From contig NIVC01003858.1 in NCBI GenBank assembly GCA_002269645.1, forward strand, positions 9,509 to 73,508: a stretch of 64,000 bases of DNA, written 5' to 3'. Origin of the DNA: Macrostomum lignano (lineage: Eukaryota). A model generated the notes under the pieces. It saw only the letters and a program-made list of their open reading frames with translations, did no database searches and had not been told where the DNA came from. Of the stretch, positions 12,701 to 24,904 are shown one piece after another. The first letter of the stretch is position 1. The number at the start of each line of letters is the position of its first letter. The position numbers and the translations under genes were made by a program.

Positions 12701-13353
12701 CTCTAAGAAGAGTGTCAGATTCTCTAAGAGTGCCAGATTCTCTAAGAGTGCCAGATTCTCTAAGAAGAGGCCAGATTCTCTAAGAAGAGTGCCAGATTCT
12801 CTAGGAGTGCCAGATTCTCTAGGAAGAGTGCCAGATTCTCTAAGAAGAGGCCAGATTCTAAGAAGAGTGCCAGTTTTTATATATCTAGATAGAAGGGTTT
12901 AGAAATGCATATGGTCGGGGAACTTTCGCGAACGTGGCATACTGGGGCCAATCCTGTTTCAATACACAAGCTAGCTCACTCACACATCCGATGTCGAGTT
13001 GATGGCGCAGGTGACAAAATTCGCTCTGTTCGAACAGTAGTCCTTTAGTCCGGTCAGCATTGCCGACTGCAGCTTTGTCTGTTGGTTCTCCTGCTCCCAC
13101 TGTATTTGTATAGAATTGTTTCTAGTCAATTTGAGCCACAAGTTTCACAGATTACACTACTGATTATAAGTGCGAGTAGCTAGTAAAGATTTTTTATATT
13201 ATTTTAAAAACAATAGTGTTCAGTTTACAGAAAAAAAGCCAAATGCTGTGGGTTTGCATGGTTTCCCTGCCTGCATCAGTCAGTCTCACTGTTGGTCTGA
13301 GTTTCTGTCTCCGTACAAGCGTGTCTTAGTGTCGTAATGTCTATCTGTTTTTG

Positions 13354-13384
<31 letters not shown>

Positions 13385-13465
13385 GTGTCTGTCTGTGTGT
13401 CTGTCTGTCTTTGTGTCTGTCTGTCTGTCTGTCTGTGTGTCTGTCTGTCTGTCTGTCTGTCTTTG

Positions 13466-13532
<67 letters not shown>

Positions 13533-13593
13533 ACGTGTGTCTGTCTGTCTGTCTGTCTGTGTGTGTGTCTGTCTGTGTGTCTGTCTGTCTTTG

Positions 13594-13636
<43 letters not shown>

Positions 13637-13653
13637 GTGTCTGTCTGTCTTTG

Positions 13654-13748
<95 letters not shown>

Positions 13749-13753
13749 ACGTG

Positions 13754-13804
<51 letters not shown>

Positions 13805-13909
13805 GTGTCTGTCTGTCTGTCTATCTGTCTGTGTGTCTGTCTGTGTGTCTGTCTGTCTGTCTATCTGTCTGTCTGTGTGTCTGTCTGTCTGTCTGTGTGT
13901 CTGTCTGTG

Positions 13910-13944
<35 letters not shown>

Positions 13945-13949
13945 ACGTG

Positions 13950-14012
<63 letters not shown>

Positions 14013-14073
14013 ACGTGTGTCTGTCTGTCTGTCTGTCTGTGTGTGTGTCTGTCTGTGTGTCTGTCTGTCTTTG

Positions 14074-14104
<31 letters not shown>

Positions 14105-14133
14105 GTGTCTGTCTGTGTGTCTGTCTGTCTTTG

Positions 14134-14228
<95 letters not shown>

Positions 14229-14233
14229 ACGTG

Positions 14234-14284
<51 letters not shown>

Positions 14285-14389
14285 GTGTCTGTCTGTCTGT
14301 CTATCTGTCTGTGTGTCTGTCTGTGTGTCTGTCTGTCTGTCTATCTGTCTGTCTGTGTGTCTGTCTGTCTGTCTGTGTGTCTGTCTGTG

Positions 14390-14424
<35 letters not shown>

Positions 14425-14429
14425 ACGTG

Positions 14430-14460
<31 letters not shown>

Positions 14461-14465
14461 ACGTG

Positions 14466-14498
<33 letters not shown>

Positions 14499-14600
14499 GC
14501 CTGTCTGTCAGACAGTTTGTATGCTTGTATATACTTACCAGTGTCACTTGATTCATGTAGAATTGCAAGAACACATCATTACCAGCACTAACAAGTGCAG
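7363..14600 (-). CDS. Uncharacterised single-pass membrane protein, 3' part: complement(join(7363..7687,8975..9352,10514..10691,11886..12022,12984..13099,14539..14600?)); upstream exons not resolved
   Basis: Six exons chain with matching phases (0,2,1,2,2) and strong acceptors (e.g. ttctactcttccag, ctttccaaatttcag). Hydrophobic span [20 protein letters not shown] is followed by basic RHHQTKQRRK. One junction needs a GC donor (AG|GCAAGT, 11885-11884). The start of the 14539 exon is uncertain (14600 or 14744). Confidence 0.75.
7876..8968. repeat. GC-rich ~20-22-bp minisatellite (caggtttggcgccccc...), intronic
   Basis: Direct reading; fills the intron 7688-8974. Confidence 0.92.
9398..10452. 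repeat. Imperfect (CAT)n trinucleotide array, intronic
   Basis: Direct reading. Confidence 0.95.
10810..11776. repeat. 17-bp minisatellite (ctcattttcctgtggcg), intronic
   Basis: ctcatt recurs at 10861 and 10878; variants are arranged in higher-order blocks. Confidence 0.92.
12118..12873. repeat. 18/21-bp minisatellite (gccagattctctaag[aag]agt), intronic
   Basis: Direct reading. Confidence 0.92.
13337..14510. repeat. (TCTG)n microsatellite array with a 480-bp higher-order duplication
   Basis: Variant gtac marks at 13531/14011, 13747/14227 and 13943/14423. Confidence 0.93.
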
Positions 14601-15149
14601 CTTTTAAGTAAATAACAACAAAAATTTGTAGAATTGTTTGCTTGGTAACATTCATGCTGCAATTTTTTAACTGTTGGAGTAGTCGGTATGTAAGGATAGT
14701 ATTCAGAGCTTGCTCAATATACTTCGTATATAAATGTGGATTAGCTGGAGAGAAAATGTTTTTACCTGTATCTTCAGACCAATCACACACACACCTGCGA
14801 TTGGACTAATCAAGGGACCGCAGTCCTTCTTTTTGTAATGAATAATTTAACAAAACCTGCATTAGGCATTCAATCTGGTGAGATCTGATAGATGGCTAAG
14901 AATTACCTTTACTTGAATGGGTTGCCCATAGCAACGGAATCTCCCTGGCAACGACCAGTGGTATCCATTGGTATCGTTTGAGTGAAAATATCACTTCATT
15001 ACTTGTTTATGAGAGAACAGAAAAGCTTTATTTTATAGTGTCTTTTACGAGCGTAATTTAGCAAACCAAGGCTGACCCCTGAGCATGCACAATGTTACGT
15101 CCGCGGGCATATGTTCACATGCGGTGTACGGTACACGTCATTGTAAAAC

Positions 15150-15290
15150 GCTTGGGGGGATTGCTGAGATGTCAAGGCTTGGGGGAATTGCTGAGATGTC
15201 AACGCTTAGAGGGTGGGGGATTGCTGAGATGTCAGGCTAACGGGGTGAATTGCTGAGATGTCAGGGCTTACGGGGGAATTGCTCATTTGG
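15150..15290. repeat. Short array of gggggaattgctgagatgtcaaggctt (same family as 36745-37232)
   Basis: Direct sequence match. Confidence 0.8.
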
Positions 15291-18200
15291 CTGAGAGGTC
15301 AGAAGCTACCAGTACATATGTAGTTTAATAAAAAACGTTTACTCCATTCTTTATTGCATCCCCAACAATGGGGCGCAGATTTCTACGAGTGGTTCACATG
15401 TAATATTTTCTGGCTAATGAAAGCAAGTCCTAATTTTATTGGCTGTTTAAATTTGTATAAATTCTAGATAAACAGAACTTTCTTTTTTAACTTTAAAAAT
15501 TAAATTCTCAATGAAATTTCTGTATTTGAACTCGTATTCGTAGCGATCGTTAGTTGTTTGTCTATCAACTTGCCAGACTATACTAGTAGTACAGTAGCAT
15601 TGTAAAATTGTTCATCATGCATTTCTGTGACCGTGTCTGAAAAGTACTGCGTATATTTAATTAGGATTTTTCATTTGTTGACCATGGGCGCACAACGATA
15701 ATACGAAGCGGCGGTCCGCTGGAGGTTGATCAGTTCGGGCGTGGAACACGAAATGTGACTGGCTAGATTGTCCAATATTCAATTGCTTTCAACTTGATCG
15801 ATCAGCTGCTGTCCTGCGCTGCAGCGATGGGTGCCGGAGAAGGATCAATCTTGTAATTAAATAATTAGAAAACACTGTTTTAAACATCACGCTGCTGTAT
15901 CTTTGCGACTTCACCAAGTCGACCATTATTTGCTTTGTGTGAAGCTTTGTGTGCTAATTGTTCAAATGACATTTGAATTTGGAAAATCCTGACGGGACAA
16001 CAAAAATGTTATGAAGGCAGCAGAGAAATTCAGTTCTATTGCCAATCTCTGAGCTGCGTTTCCGACATGCATGTACAGGTGCTGTAAATGTAGGGTTCAA
16101 ATTGTCATTAGGCGCAGTTTTATGTAGATATTGCTTCACCGACAGGCGACAGCAGTGATTATATAAGCTATATGAATTTCTTTTATTTGTCTAGTCTGAC
16201 TGATTACTGCTGCTGCTGAGTATTGGAAATATCGATGACGTTAACCGGCTATAGTAAAAGGCCACAAGATACATGTTTCAACAAAATCAATATTTACTAT
16301 ATACTATACACGTACTTATGTCTTATTCTGAGCATCCTAAGTAGTGATGATGCAACAAACAAGCTAAGCTACATGTATATATATTTATTTAACAACCTGC
16401 AGGCTGCATGGCAGCCAATTGATATGGTGCAAGCTATAGAAATTGAATAGATTAATCGAGTAGTAGATAAGTACGAGAATAGAAGGACTGCAGCTGCAGA
16501 TTGTAATGCATTGATGCACGAGTGGCCTTGGCTGACCTTAACAAAATGGACTTAAAATTAAAATAATACCAAAACTTACACATTTATTAAAACAAAAATA
16601 AACAGTGTAAAGCAAGGTTTTTGCACTCGCATAAAATTAAACTTCTTTATTACAAGCTGTATAAAAATTAATCAAGTTAAGATGAACTATAGATAACTAT
16701 TTGCGAAGGATGTGCTGAGTTGTAAAGATAATAAAATTTAAATAGACATGCACTTATTAGTAGTTAACTTGCAGAAGAAAACGAGAAGCTCCCTCTGCCC
16801 CTCTGGTGCAGACTAGCCACACGGCATAGCCATAGGGCTAGGCTTATACGAAAAAGTAGTAACTAATTAAGTAATTCATTAATTTATTCAAGCAAGCTAA
16901 TAATGCTAGGGGCTTAGGGCTAAGCGTTAGGGCCACTAAGCCCTAGGCCTAGGCCGCCTAGGCTAGCCTACCTAGGGGCAGGGCTAAGGCATATTCTATT
17001 GACTCTAATTTATACTTAATACTTCATCTCATAATAATTAATTAGTAACTCAAATAAGGTGTGAGCCTCAACCAATCAACTTATTATTATAGACCCATCC
17101 AAGGCCCCACGGGCAGAGTAGCTTGACTGTAAAAACAGTGTAAAAGTGTTTGCCATTTGACTCTTGCACCACGATGTCGACCCTGGCGGCCTGGCCCTGG
17201 TTTGATTCTGGGTGCTTACATTAAAATGAATTGATTTTGGGGCTTCATGTAGAAAAAATTGGTCTAGGTGGCTAGGTTTCTAAGATTCGACCCACCCCAT
17301 GAGAGCCAACCCCACAGAGTGATTTCAATGGACTAGGTGACTTGCACAGCTTGCAGGTGCATCCTATGCCCTAATCTTGCCTGCATCCTTTTCCCCAACC
17401 CAACCAACTGCCAGTAGACCTAATAGGCCAGGTCTAAAACAGTGAATATTCTTGACATTTTACCATGAGAAAGTTTTGAATTTCTATAGCCATAGGGCCT
17501 ATAATTTATGTCACATCATATATAATTTATGTATATCACATGTAGGCCTATGTCATATATATTGTCTAGTCACTCTAGGCCTAGTGTAGGGTATAGCCTC
17601 AATTATATTAGATTAACAATAGAACTTGCAGTTATACAAATAAATATTTTTGCTTTAAATGTAAAAAACTATATTTATAATCTATAATACTATAAAACTA
17701 GGTACAATTATCATGGTATTATTATAACATAATATAGCATAGGCCCTAACTATAGCCCATAATGATAATGATATTATCATAATAATGATAGTCAATGAAT
17801 AGCAAAAATGAAGAAATATAGTGCGGTATAACAAATTAGCTTTGTAGCCTAGCTTATAACAGTCATATTCTTAAATAAAATAAGTGTTAATATAGCTAAG
17901 CATACAAAAGTCATTTAATGCTAAAGCTAAATAAATATTCTTAAATAAAAGATGACATGAGCCCATTAGGCCTTTAGTATATAATTGCCAAAATATCTAT
18001 TTATCTTGTGCAATTGTTACATTAAAAAAACTTGTTCTAATAGTCATAGTGCCCATTGTGTACTAAAAGTTTTTATCAAAAGGCCTAGGGCCTAGGCCTA
18101 TACTTTGGATCATGTTGAGTGCATGCTAAAATCAAATGTAAGACGAAAAAGCTATTAGACTAGGCAAACTGGCAAAGCCAGAGACAGTATCATGGTTTCA

Positions 18201-18558
18201 TTGAATGTCCTTAAAGATATAGGATACCAAAAGTGTAGGATACTAAAGATTTAAAAATATATATAATATATATAATATAAAATGCATTCTATTTTAAATA
18301 ACAAGTAAGCAATATTTATAAGAATATATATTTAAATAAATAAGAGTAGGGCCTATTAAGAATATTTATAAGAGTATAAGAGTCAAAGTGACTTTCTTTG
18401 GCCACTGGCACTAGAATTAAATATATTATGTATAATGATATGTTATATGTTACGTTATGTTATATTAAATAATGTTTTAAATGGGCTTTTTAGCCAGATT
18501 TAATTATGCACAGCAAAAAAACTTTACATCCAATTTTAATGATATGTGTATTGTATCT

Positions 18559-18651
18559 GTAGATAAATAAAGGTAAATATCAACATGAAGTATTATTTGA
18601 GTTGCCGATGCATTTCGTCCATTTGCATTAGGACATCGTCAGGGTCTTTTT
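18559..18651 (-). ncRNA. Minimal hammerhead-ribozyme-like motif (Penelope-type), copy 1
   Basis: Minus strand reads gacc-CTGACGA-t-gtcc-taatgcaaat-ggac-GAAA-tgca-TC-ggc. Confidence 0.6.
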
Positions 18652-21039
18652 ATTGAGAAACAATTTGAACGAATATTCAGTATATATAGATAGTTGAGAG
18701 TAACAAGAGTAGTTGAATTGAGTTTTTAATTGATGGTTTAAAACTTGTACATAGTAATCAATTATTAATTATTATTATTATCAATTATTATTATTATTAT
18801 CAATTATATCAATTATCAAAAAAGAAGCAAAAGAAACAAACAAGCTAAGCTACATGTATATATATTTATTTAACAACCTGCAGGCTGCATGGCAGCCAAT
18901 TGATATGGTGCAAGCTATAGAAATTGAATAGATTAATCGAGTAGTAGATAAGTACGAGAATAGAAGGACTGCAGCTGCAGATTGTAATGCATTGATGCAC
19001 GAGTGGCCTTGGCTGACCTTAACAAAATGGACTTAAAATTAAAATAATACCAAAACTTACACATTTATTAAAACAAAAATAAACAGTGTAAAGCAAGGTT
19101 TTTGCACTCGCATAAAATTAAACTTCTTTATTACAAGCTGTATAAAAATTAATCAAGTTAAGATGAACTATAGATAACTATTTGCGAAGGATGTGCTGAG
19201 TTGTAAAGATAATAAAATTTAAATAGACATGCACTTATTAGTAGTTAACTTGCAGAAGAAAACGAGAAGCTCCCTCTGCCCCTCTGGTGCAGACTAGCCA
19301 CACGGCATAGCCATAGGGCTAGGCTTATACGAAAAAGTAGTAACTAATTAAGTAATTCATTAATTTATTCAAGCAAGCTAATAATGCTAGGGGCTTAGGG
19401 CTAAGCGTTAGGGCCACTAAGCCCTAGGCCTAGGCCGCCTAGGCTAGCCTACCTAGGGGCAGGGCTAAGGCATATTCTATTGACTCTAATTTATACTTAA
19501 TACTTCATCTCATAATAATTAATTAGTAACTCAAATAAGGTGTGAGCCTCAACCAATCAACTTATTATTATAGACCCATCCAAGGCCCCACGGGCAGAGT
19601 AGCTTGACTGTAAAAACAGTGTAAAAGTGTTTGCCATTTGACTCTTGCACCACGATGTCGACCCTGGCGGCCTGGCCCTGGTTTGATTCTGGGTGCTTAC
19701 ATTAAAATGAATTGATTTTGGGGCTTCATGTAGAAAAAATTGGTCTAGGTGGCTAGGTTTCTAAGATTCGACCCACCCCATGAGAGCCAACCCCACAGAG
19801 TGATTTCAATGGACTAGGTGACTTGCACAGCTTGCAGGTGCATCCTATGCCCTAATCTTGCCTGCATCCTTTTCCCCAACCCAACCAACTGCCAGTAGAC
19901 CTAATAGGCCAGGTCTAAAACAGTGAATATTCTTGACATTTTACCATGAGAAAGTTTTGAATTTCTATAGCCATAGGGCCTATAATTTATGTCACATCAT
20001 ATATAATTTATGTATATCACATGTAGGCCTATGTCATATATATTGTCTAGTCACTCTAGGCCTAGTGTAGGGTATAGCCTCAATTATATTAGATTAACAA
20101 TAGAACTTGCAGTTATACAAATAAATATTTTTGCTTTAAATGTAAAAAACTATATTTATAATCTATAATACTATAAAACTAGGTACAATTATCATGGTAT
20201 TATTATAACATAATATAGCATAGGCCCTAACTATAGCCCATAATGATAATGATATTATCATAATAATGATAGTCAATGAATAGCAAAAATGAAGAAATAT
20301 AGTGCGGTATAACAAATTAGCTTTGTAGCCTAGCTTATAACAGTCATATTCTTAAATAAAATAAGTGTTAATATAGCTAAGCATACAAAAGTCATTTAAT
20401 GCTAAAGCTAAATAAATATTCTTAAATAAAAGATGACATGAGCCCATTAGGCCTTTAGTATATAATTGCCAAAATATCTATTTATCTTGTGCAATTGTTA
20501 CATTAAAAAAACTTGTTCTAATAGTCATAGTGCCCATTGTGTACTAAAAGTTTTTATCAAAAGGCCTAGGGCCTAGGCCTATACTTTGGATCATGTTGAG
20601 TGCATGCTAAAATCAAATGTAAGACGAAAAAGCTATTAGACTAGGCAAACTGGCAAAGCCAGAGACAGTATCATGGTTTCATTGAATGTCCTTAAAGATA
20701 TAGGATACCAAAAGTGTAGGATACTAAAGATTTAAAAATATATATAATATATATAATATAAAATGCATTCTATTTTAAATAACAAGTAAGCAATATTTAT
20801 AAGAATATATATTTAAATAAATAAGAGTAGGGCCTATTAAGAATATTTATAAGAGTATAAGAGTCAAAGTGACTTTCTTTGGCCACTGGCACTAGAATTA
20901 AATATATTATGTATAATGATATGTTATATGTTACGTTATGTTATATTAAATAATGTTTTAAATGGGCTTTTTAGCCAGATTTAATTATGCACAGCAAAAA
21001 AACTTTACATCCAATTTTAATGATATGTGTATTGTATCT

Positions 21040-21132
21040 GTAGATAAATAAAGGTAAATATCAACATGAAGTATTATTTGAGTTGCCGATGCATTTCGTC
21101 CATTTGCATTAGGACATCGTCAGGGTCTTTTT
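21040..21132 (-). ncRNA. Minimal hammerhead-ribozyme-like motif, copy 2 (left arm of a 93-bp inverted repeat)
   Basis: Same motif as copy 1; reverse complement of 21300-21392. Confidence 0.6.
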
Positions 21133-21299
21133 ATTGAGAAACAATTTGAACGAATATTCAGTATATATAGATAGTTGAGAGTAACAAGAGTAGTTGAATT
21201 GAGTTTTTAATTGATGGTTTAAAACTTGTACATAGTAATCAATTATTAATTATTATTATTATCAATTATTATTATTATTATCAATTATATCAATTATCA

Positions 21300-21392
21300 A
21301 AAAAGACCCTGACGATGTCCTAATGCAAATGGACGAAATGCATCGGCAACTCAAATAATACTTCATGTTGATATTTACCTTTATTTATCTAC
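21300..21392 (+). ncRNA. Minimal hammerhead-ribozyme-like motif, copy 3 (right arm of the inverted repeat)
   Basis: CTGACGA 21309-21315, stem II gtcc/ggac 21317-21334, GAAA 21335-21338, palindromic ATGCAT stem III, putative cleavage after C21344. Stem I is only 2 bp, so it is weak. Confidence 0.6.
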
Positions 21393-21954
21393 TCTTCATC
21401 AAGCGAGCCACTTTACCTGATTTCTATTGTATCTGTATTTTAATGTTATATATATATATAATGATAGTGGCCTAAAAGAGAGTCACTTAGTTGATAATCT
21501 AGATTATTTTTTTATCTGATATTTTTAACCTAGTCCTAATCATTGGATTTTAAAAGCACATATGTTAGCATATTTATAGTTGCTTTTAGTACCAATTTTA
21601 TTACTCTTTCAATGATGAATATACTATATACTATATTTATAACCATAATTATTGAAATACAACAATTAACTTTTGTATAATAGACTAAGCTAGACCTAAC
21701 TACTTTTACTAGTAGAGTTATAGCTTTAAACATGGCTCTGGAAAGGTATAGTGTAGAGGTTTTAAGACAAAACATTTAGATTCAAATATGGTTAAAGGAA
21801 TGCATATTTTTTATCTAGTATTATTGGCCACTTAGTAATTAAGACTTGAAGACTTTAAAAGAACAGTAGGAATGGATGAATGTTGCCAGTTTCAAAGCAT
21901 TTTGAAAGGACCATATGCACAATTTTGTAAATTGCAGCATTACTGCCAGGCACA

Positions 21955-24904
21955 ATGGCTGGTCGCCCACCCAACAGCGATGATGGCACAGTGTTCAAGC
22001 TTGTTGTAGTGGGAAATGGTGGCGTTGGGAAAAGCGCTTTGACAATTCAGTACTTCCAGAAGATGTTTGTGCAAGATTATGATCCCACGATTGAGGACTC
22101 TTATATCCAGTTTAAGATGATTGATAACGAATGGTACTTGCTTGATGTGCTTGATACAGCAGGTAAGTTCGCTCTGATTTTTTGAAATATCAATAGTTTA
22201 GTTGATAGTTGGCAAAGGTCACTAAGTGTGCACTGAAAACGTTACTATGATAAAAATCGCTGAAGAGTCATCGCAAACAACTCACTAGTGACCTCGATCT
22301 AGGAGTCTAGGGACTCTAGGCCGACTCCTGAAGCCTTTTGACGGCTCAAACGACTGCAATGCAACGGGTTGGCAACTGTTGAGTCATGGACATGAGCGCA
22401 TAACGTGAGTTGCAGAATCGTAAAAGGGTTGCTGCAGACGTCCTAAATTGACTTTTGACGACTTGTACCGTGACGTCTCTTCGTTTAGAGCCGTTAAAAG
22501 TCACTTCTTTCCTACGGTATTTTACCTGTGTTACCTGTAACGACTCTGAGGCGATGCAAGTGGCTCTGGGACGCTTCCTGGCCTAGATAGCTACCGTTTT
22601 CATCGGGCAGTCATTGACTTGATTTGCTGCCACAGCACACGTACTTTTACAATAAAAAATTCAGGGTCACTGTACCAAATTTGCATACTTCGGGGTTAAC
22701 TGTCACTTTGTGGTTGTACATGCTGGTCTAAATCTGTTCTAATCTGACATTGAACTCATTATTAATCTGTGATGACAACTTTGATGCCAAAAACCTAGGA
22801 TAATTAGCATTTATATCAACGATTTGCAATGACTTACCTCCAGGACAAGAGGAGTTCTCAGCCATGCGAGAGCAGTACATGCGCAAAGGCGACGGCTTTC
22901 TGTTAGTCTATTCCGTTACTGATCGAAAAAGTTTCGAAGATATTCGACATTTTCATACGCAAATTTTGCGCGTTAAAGATCGCGATAATTATCCAATGAT
23001 TCTACTGGCTAACAAGGTGGATATCGTGCACCTGAGGCAGGTGTTTGAGGACGAGGGCAAAGCCCTGGCAAGTCAACTTAAAGTGAGTTCGTTAGATTAA
23101 ATATTTCCTCATCTTAATTGAATCAGTCTGTGACTGACTGCGTGCCATAGAGAGAAGAGGGAGAGAGGCGAGATGAGAGAAGAGAGAGAAAAGGGGGAGA
23201 GGCGAGATGAGAGAAGAAAGAGGAAGGTGGGGGAGAGGCGAGATAAGAGAAGAAAGAGGAAGGTGGGGGAGAGGCGAGATGAGGGAAGAAAGAGGAAGGT
23301 GGGGGAGAGGCGAGATGAGGGAAGAAAGAGGAAGGTGGGGGAGAGGCGAGATGAGGGAAGAAAGAGGAAGGTGGGGGAGAGGCGAGATGAGGGAAGAAAG
23401 AGAAAGGGGGAGAGGCAAGATAAGAAAGGAAAGAGGAGGGGGTGAGAGACGAGTTGAGTGAGGAAAGGGGGAGAGGATAGGAGAGGCGAGATAAGAGAGG
23501 AGGAGAAAGAGACAAGAGAGCTGAGAAGAAAAACATTGAGCGGGCGGGGTTGCTATTGTGATGTTTCCCGGACCCGAGGGCCGGATAGAGAGGCTTTGCG
23601 GGCCGCATGTGGCTTGCTGACCTCAAATTTTGACAGAAATAATAGTTAATAGAAGTAGCAGTAGTAATAGTTTACTGGCTCAGAAAAACTTTTCTGTTCT
23701 GCAAGCATAAGTTGATGTATTTGATAGTAGGAATTTTTTCATTTCAACTACGACTATATAGTCTGTCTAAACTGCAGTTTAACCTATCAAATGTAATGAG
23801 CTAATATTGTTAAACTAATGTGCAAATTATGTTAGAATTTGGCTGCTTGAATTCACTTATCGCTGAGATCAAAGCTACTCGTAACAAATTGTTTGTGCAG
23901 AAGAAATGTTTATTATAAACTGTTGAGTGCTTTTTCGGCAGAAGCCACGCTTTTCTTGGCAAACCGGAAGTTGGCCCTACTAGCTTTTGCGAAAAGAAAA
24001 CTTAGATACCTGCAATATAGAAGGATTGGTGCTTGGTCTTGGTGCTTCTTAGCTTTTAATAATCTAGTCAGGAAGGTGTAGTTCAGTTAACTGAATAACT
24101 GGGTTTCCGGCTGACCTGGCTTTCTTGCAACTACTGCATTTAATACAGATAACAGATGTCCTGTAGTGTTAATTATAGTGTTAACTTTTATTTGAAAATA
24201 ATGTAAGTCATGTCGGAATAGGAGTGCTGAAATATTTCATACACCACAAAGAATTACCCATCAAGCTAATAAAAATTTCCTATCGAGGCCTTAACAAACG
24301 GCTATTAAACCTCAAAATCGCTCATCAAAGCCACTTAAAATCGCCGATAAAAGCCCCAAGAATCGCCCGTCAAAGCCCCAACAATCGTCCATCAAAGCCC
24401 CAACAATCGCCCGTCAAAGTCCTAAGAATCGCCAATCAAAGCCCTAAGAATCGCCAATCAAAGTCTCAAAAATTACCCGTCAAAACCCCAAGAATCGCCA
24501 ATCAAAGTCTCAAAAATTACCCGTCAAAACCCCAAGAATCGCCAATCAAAGTCTCAAAAATTACCCGTCAAAACCCCAAGAATCGCCAATCAAAGTCTCG
24601 AGAATTACCCGTCAAAACCCCAAGAATCGCCAATCAAAGTCTCGAGAATTACCCGTCAAAGCCCCGAGAATCGCCCGTCAAAGCTCCAACGATCGATCAT
24701 AAAAATCTCAAGAATCGGTTATCGAACCCCCGCCCTCAGATCCAGTACATCGAGACCAGCGCCAAAGATCCGCCATTCAATGTTGATGAAGCGTTCAACA
24801 CAATTGTACGAATTGTTCGAAATCAGCCACGCGAGGCGGCACCGGCGAAAGAGAAAAAACGGCGCAGAGGCGCGGGGCGCAAACTCAAATGCGAGCTCAT
24901 GTAA
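21955..24904 (+). CDS. MRAS: M-Ras (R-Ras3)-like small GTPase, copy 1, 203 aa: join(21955..22162,22844..23082,24740..24904)
   Basis: [38 protein letters not shown] and ETSAKDPP (the DPP insert is M-Ras-typical); polybasic tail and CAAX CELM; phase-compatible GT-AG introns; 612 nt. Confidence 0.92.
22240..22600 (+). mobile_element. GACTC-rich dispersed repeat copy in M-Ras copy 1 intron 1
   Basis: Shares blocks with 820-1290 and 26720-27210. Confidence 0.65.
23155..23520. repeat. Polypurine 36-bp minisatellite, M-Ras copy 1 intron 2
   Basis: Unit ggggagaggcgagatgagggaagaaagaggaaggtg. Confidence 0.88.
24330..24720. repeat. 22/44-bp minisatellite directly upstream of M-Ras exon 3
   Basis: Unit caaaaccccaagaatcgccaatcaaagtctcaaaaattacccgt; caaaac at 24481 and 24525. 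Confidence 0.85.

Larger units (their letters stand above)
16354..21306. repeat. Near-exact 2.48-kb tandem duplication (16354..18825 / 18835..21306, offset 2481)
   Basis: Same text at both starts (aacaaacaagctaagctacatg) and ends (caattatcaaaaaaga); no differences noticed on spot checks; 9-nt junction agcaaaaga. Confidence 0.92.

Noticed and set aside
13337-14607. 400-aa VCLS ORFs in three frames, and similar ones at 35952-36537 and 39531-40144
   Set aside because: They are (TCTG)n microsatellite artefacts.
14890-15850. Further upstream exons of the membrane-protein gene
   Set aside because: Candidate segments had in-frame stops or incompatible phases and could not be chained.
21955-22040. 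Possible activating P-loop change in M-Ras (GNGGVGKS)
   Set aside because: The G12, G13 and Q61 equivalents are intact; only the variable preceding residue differs.
24224-24739. N-terminal extension of the 226-aa ORF ending in the M-Ras C-terminus
   Set aside because: It is read-through of an intronic 22/44-bp array; the acceptor at 24738-24739 joins exon 2 in phase.
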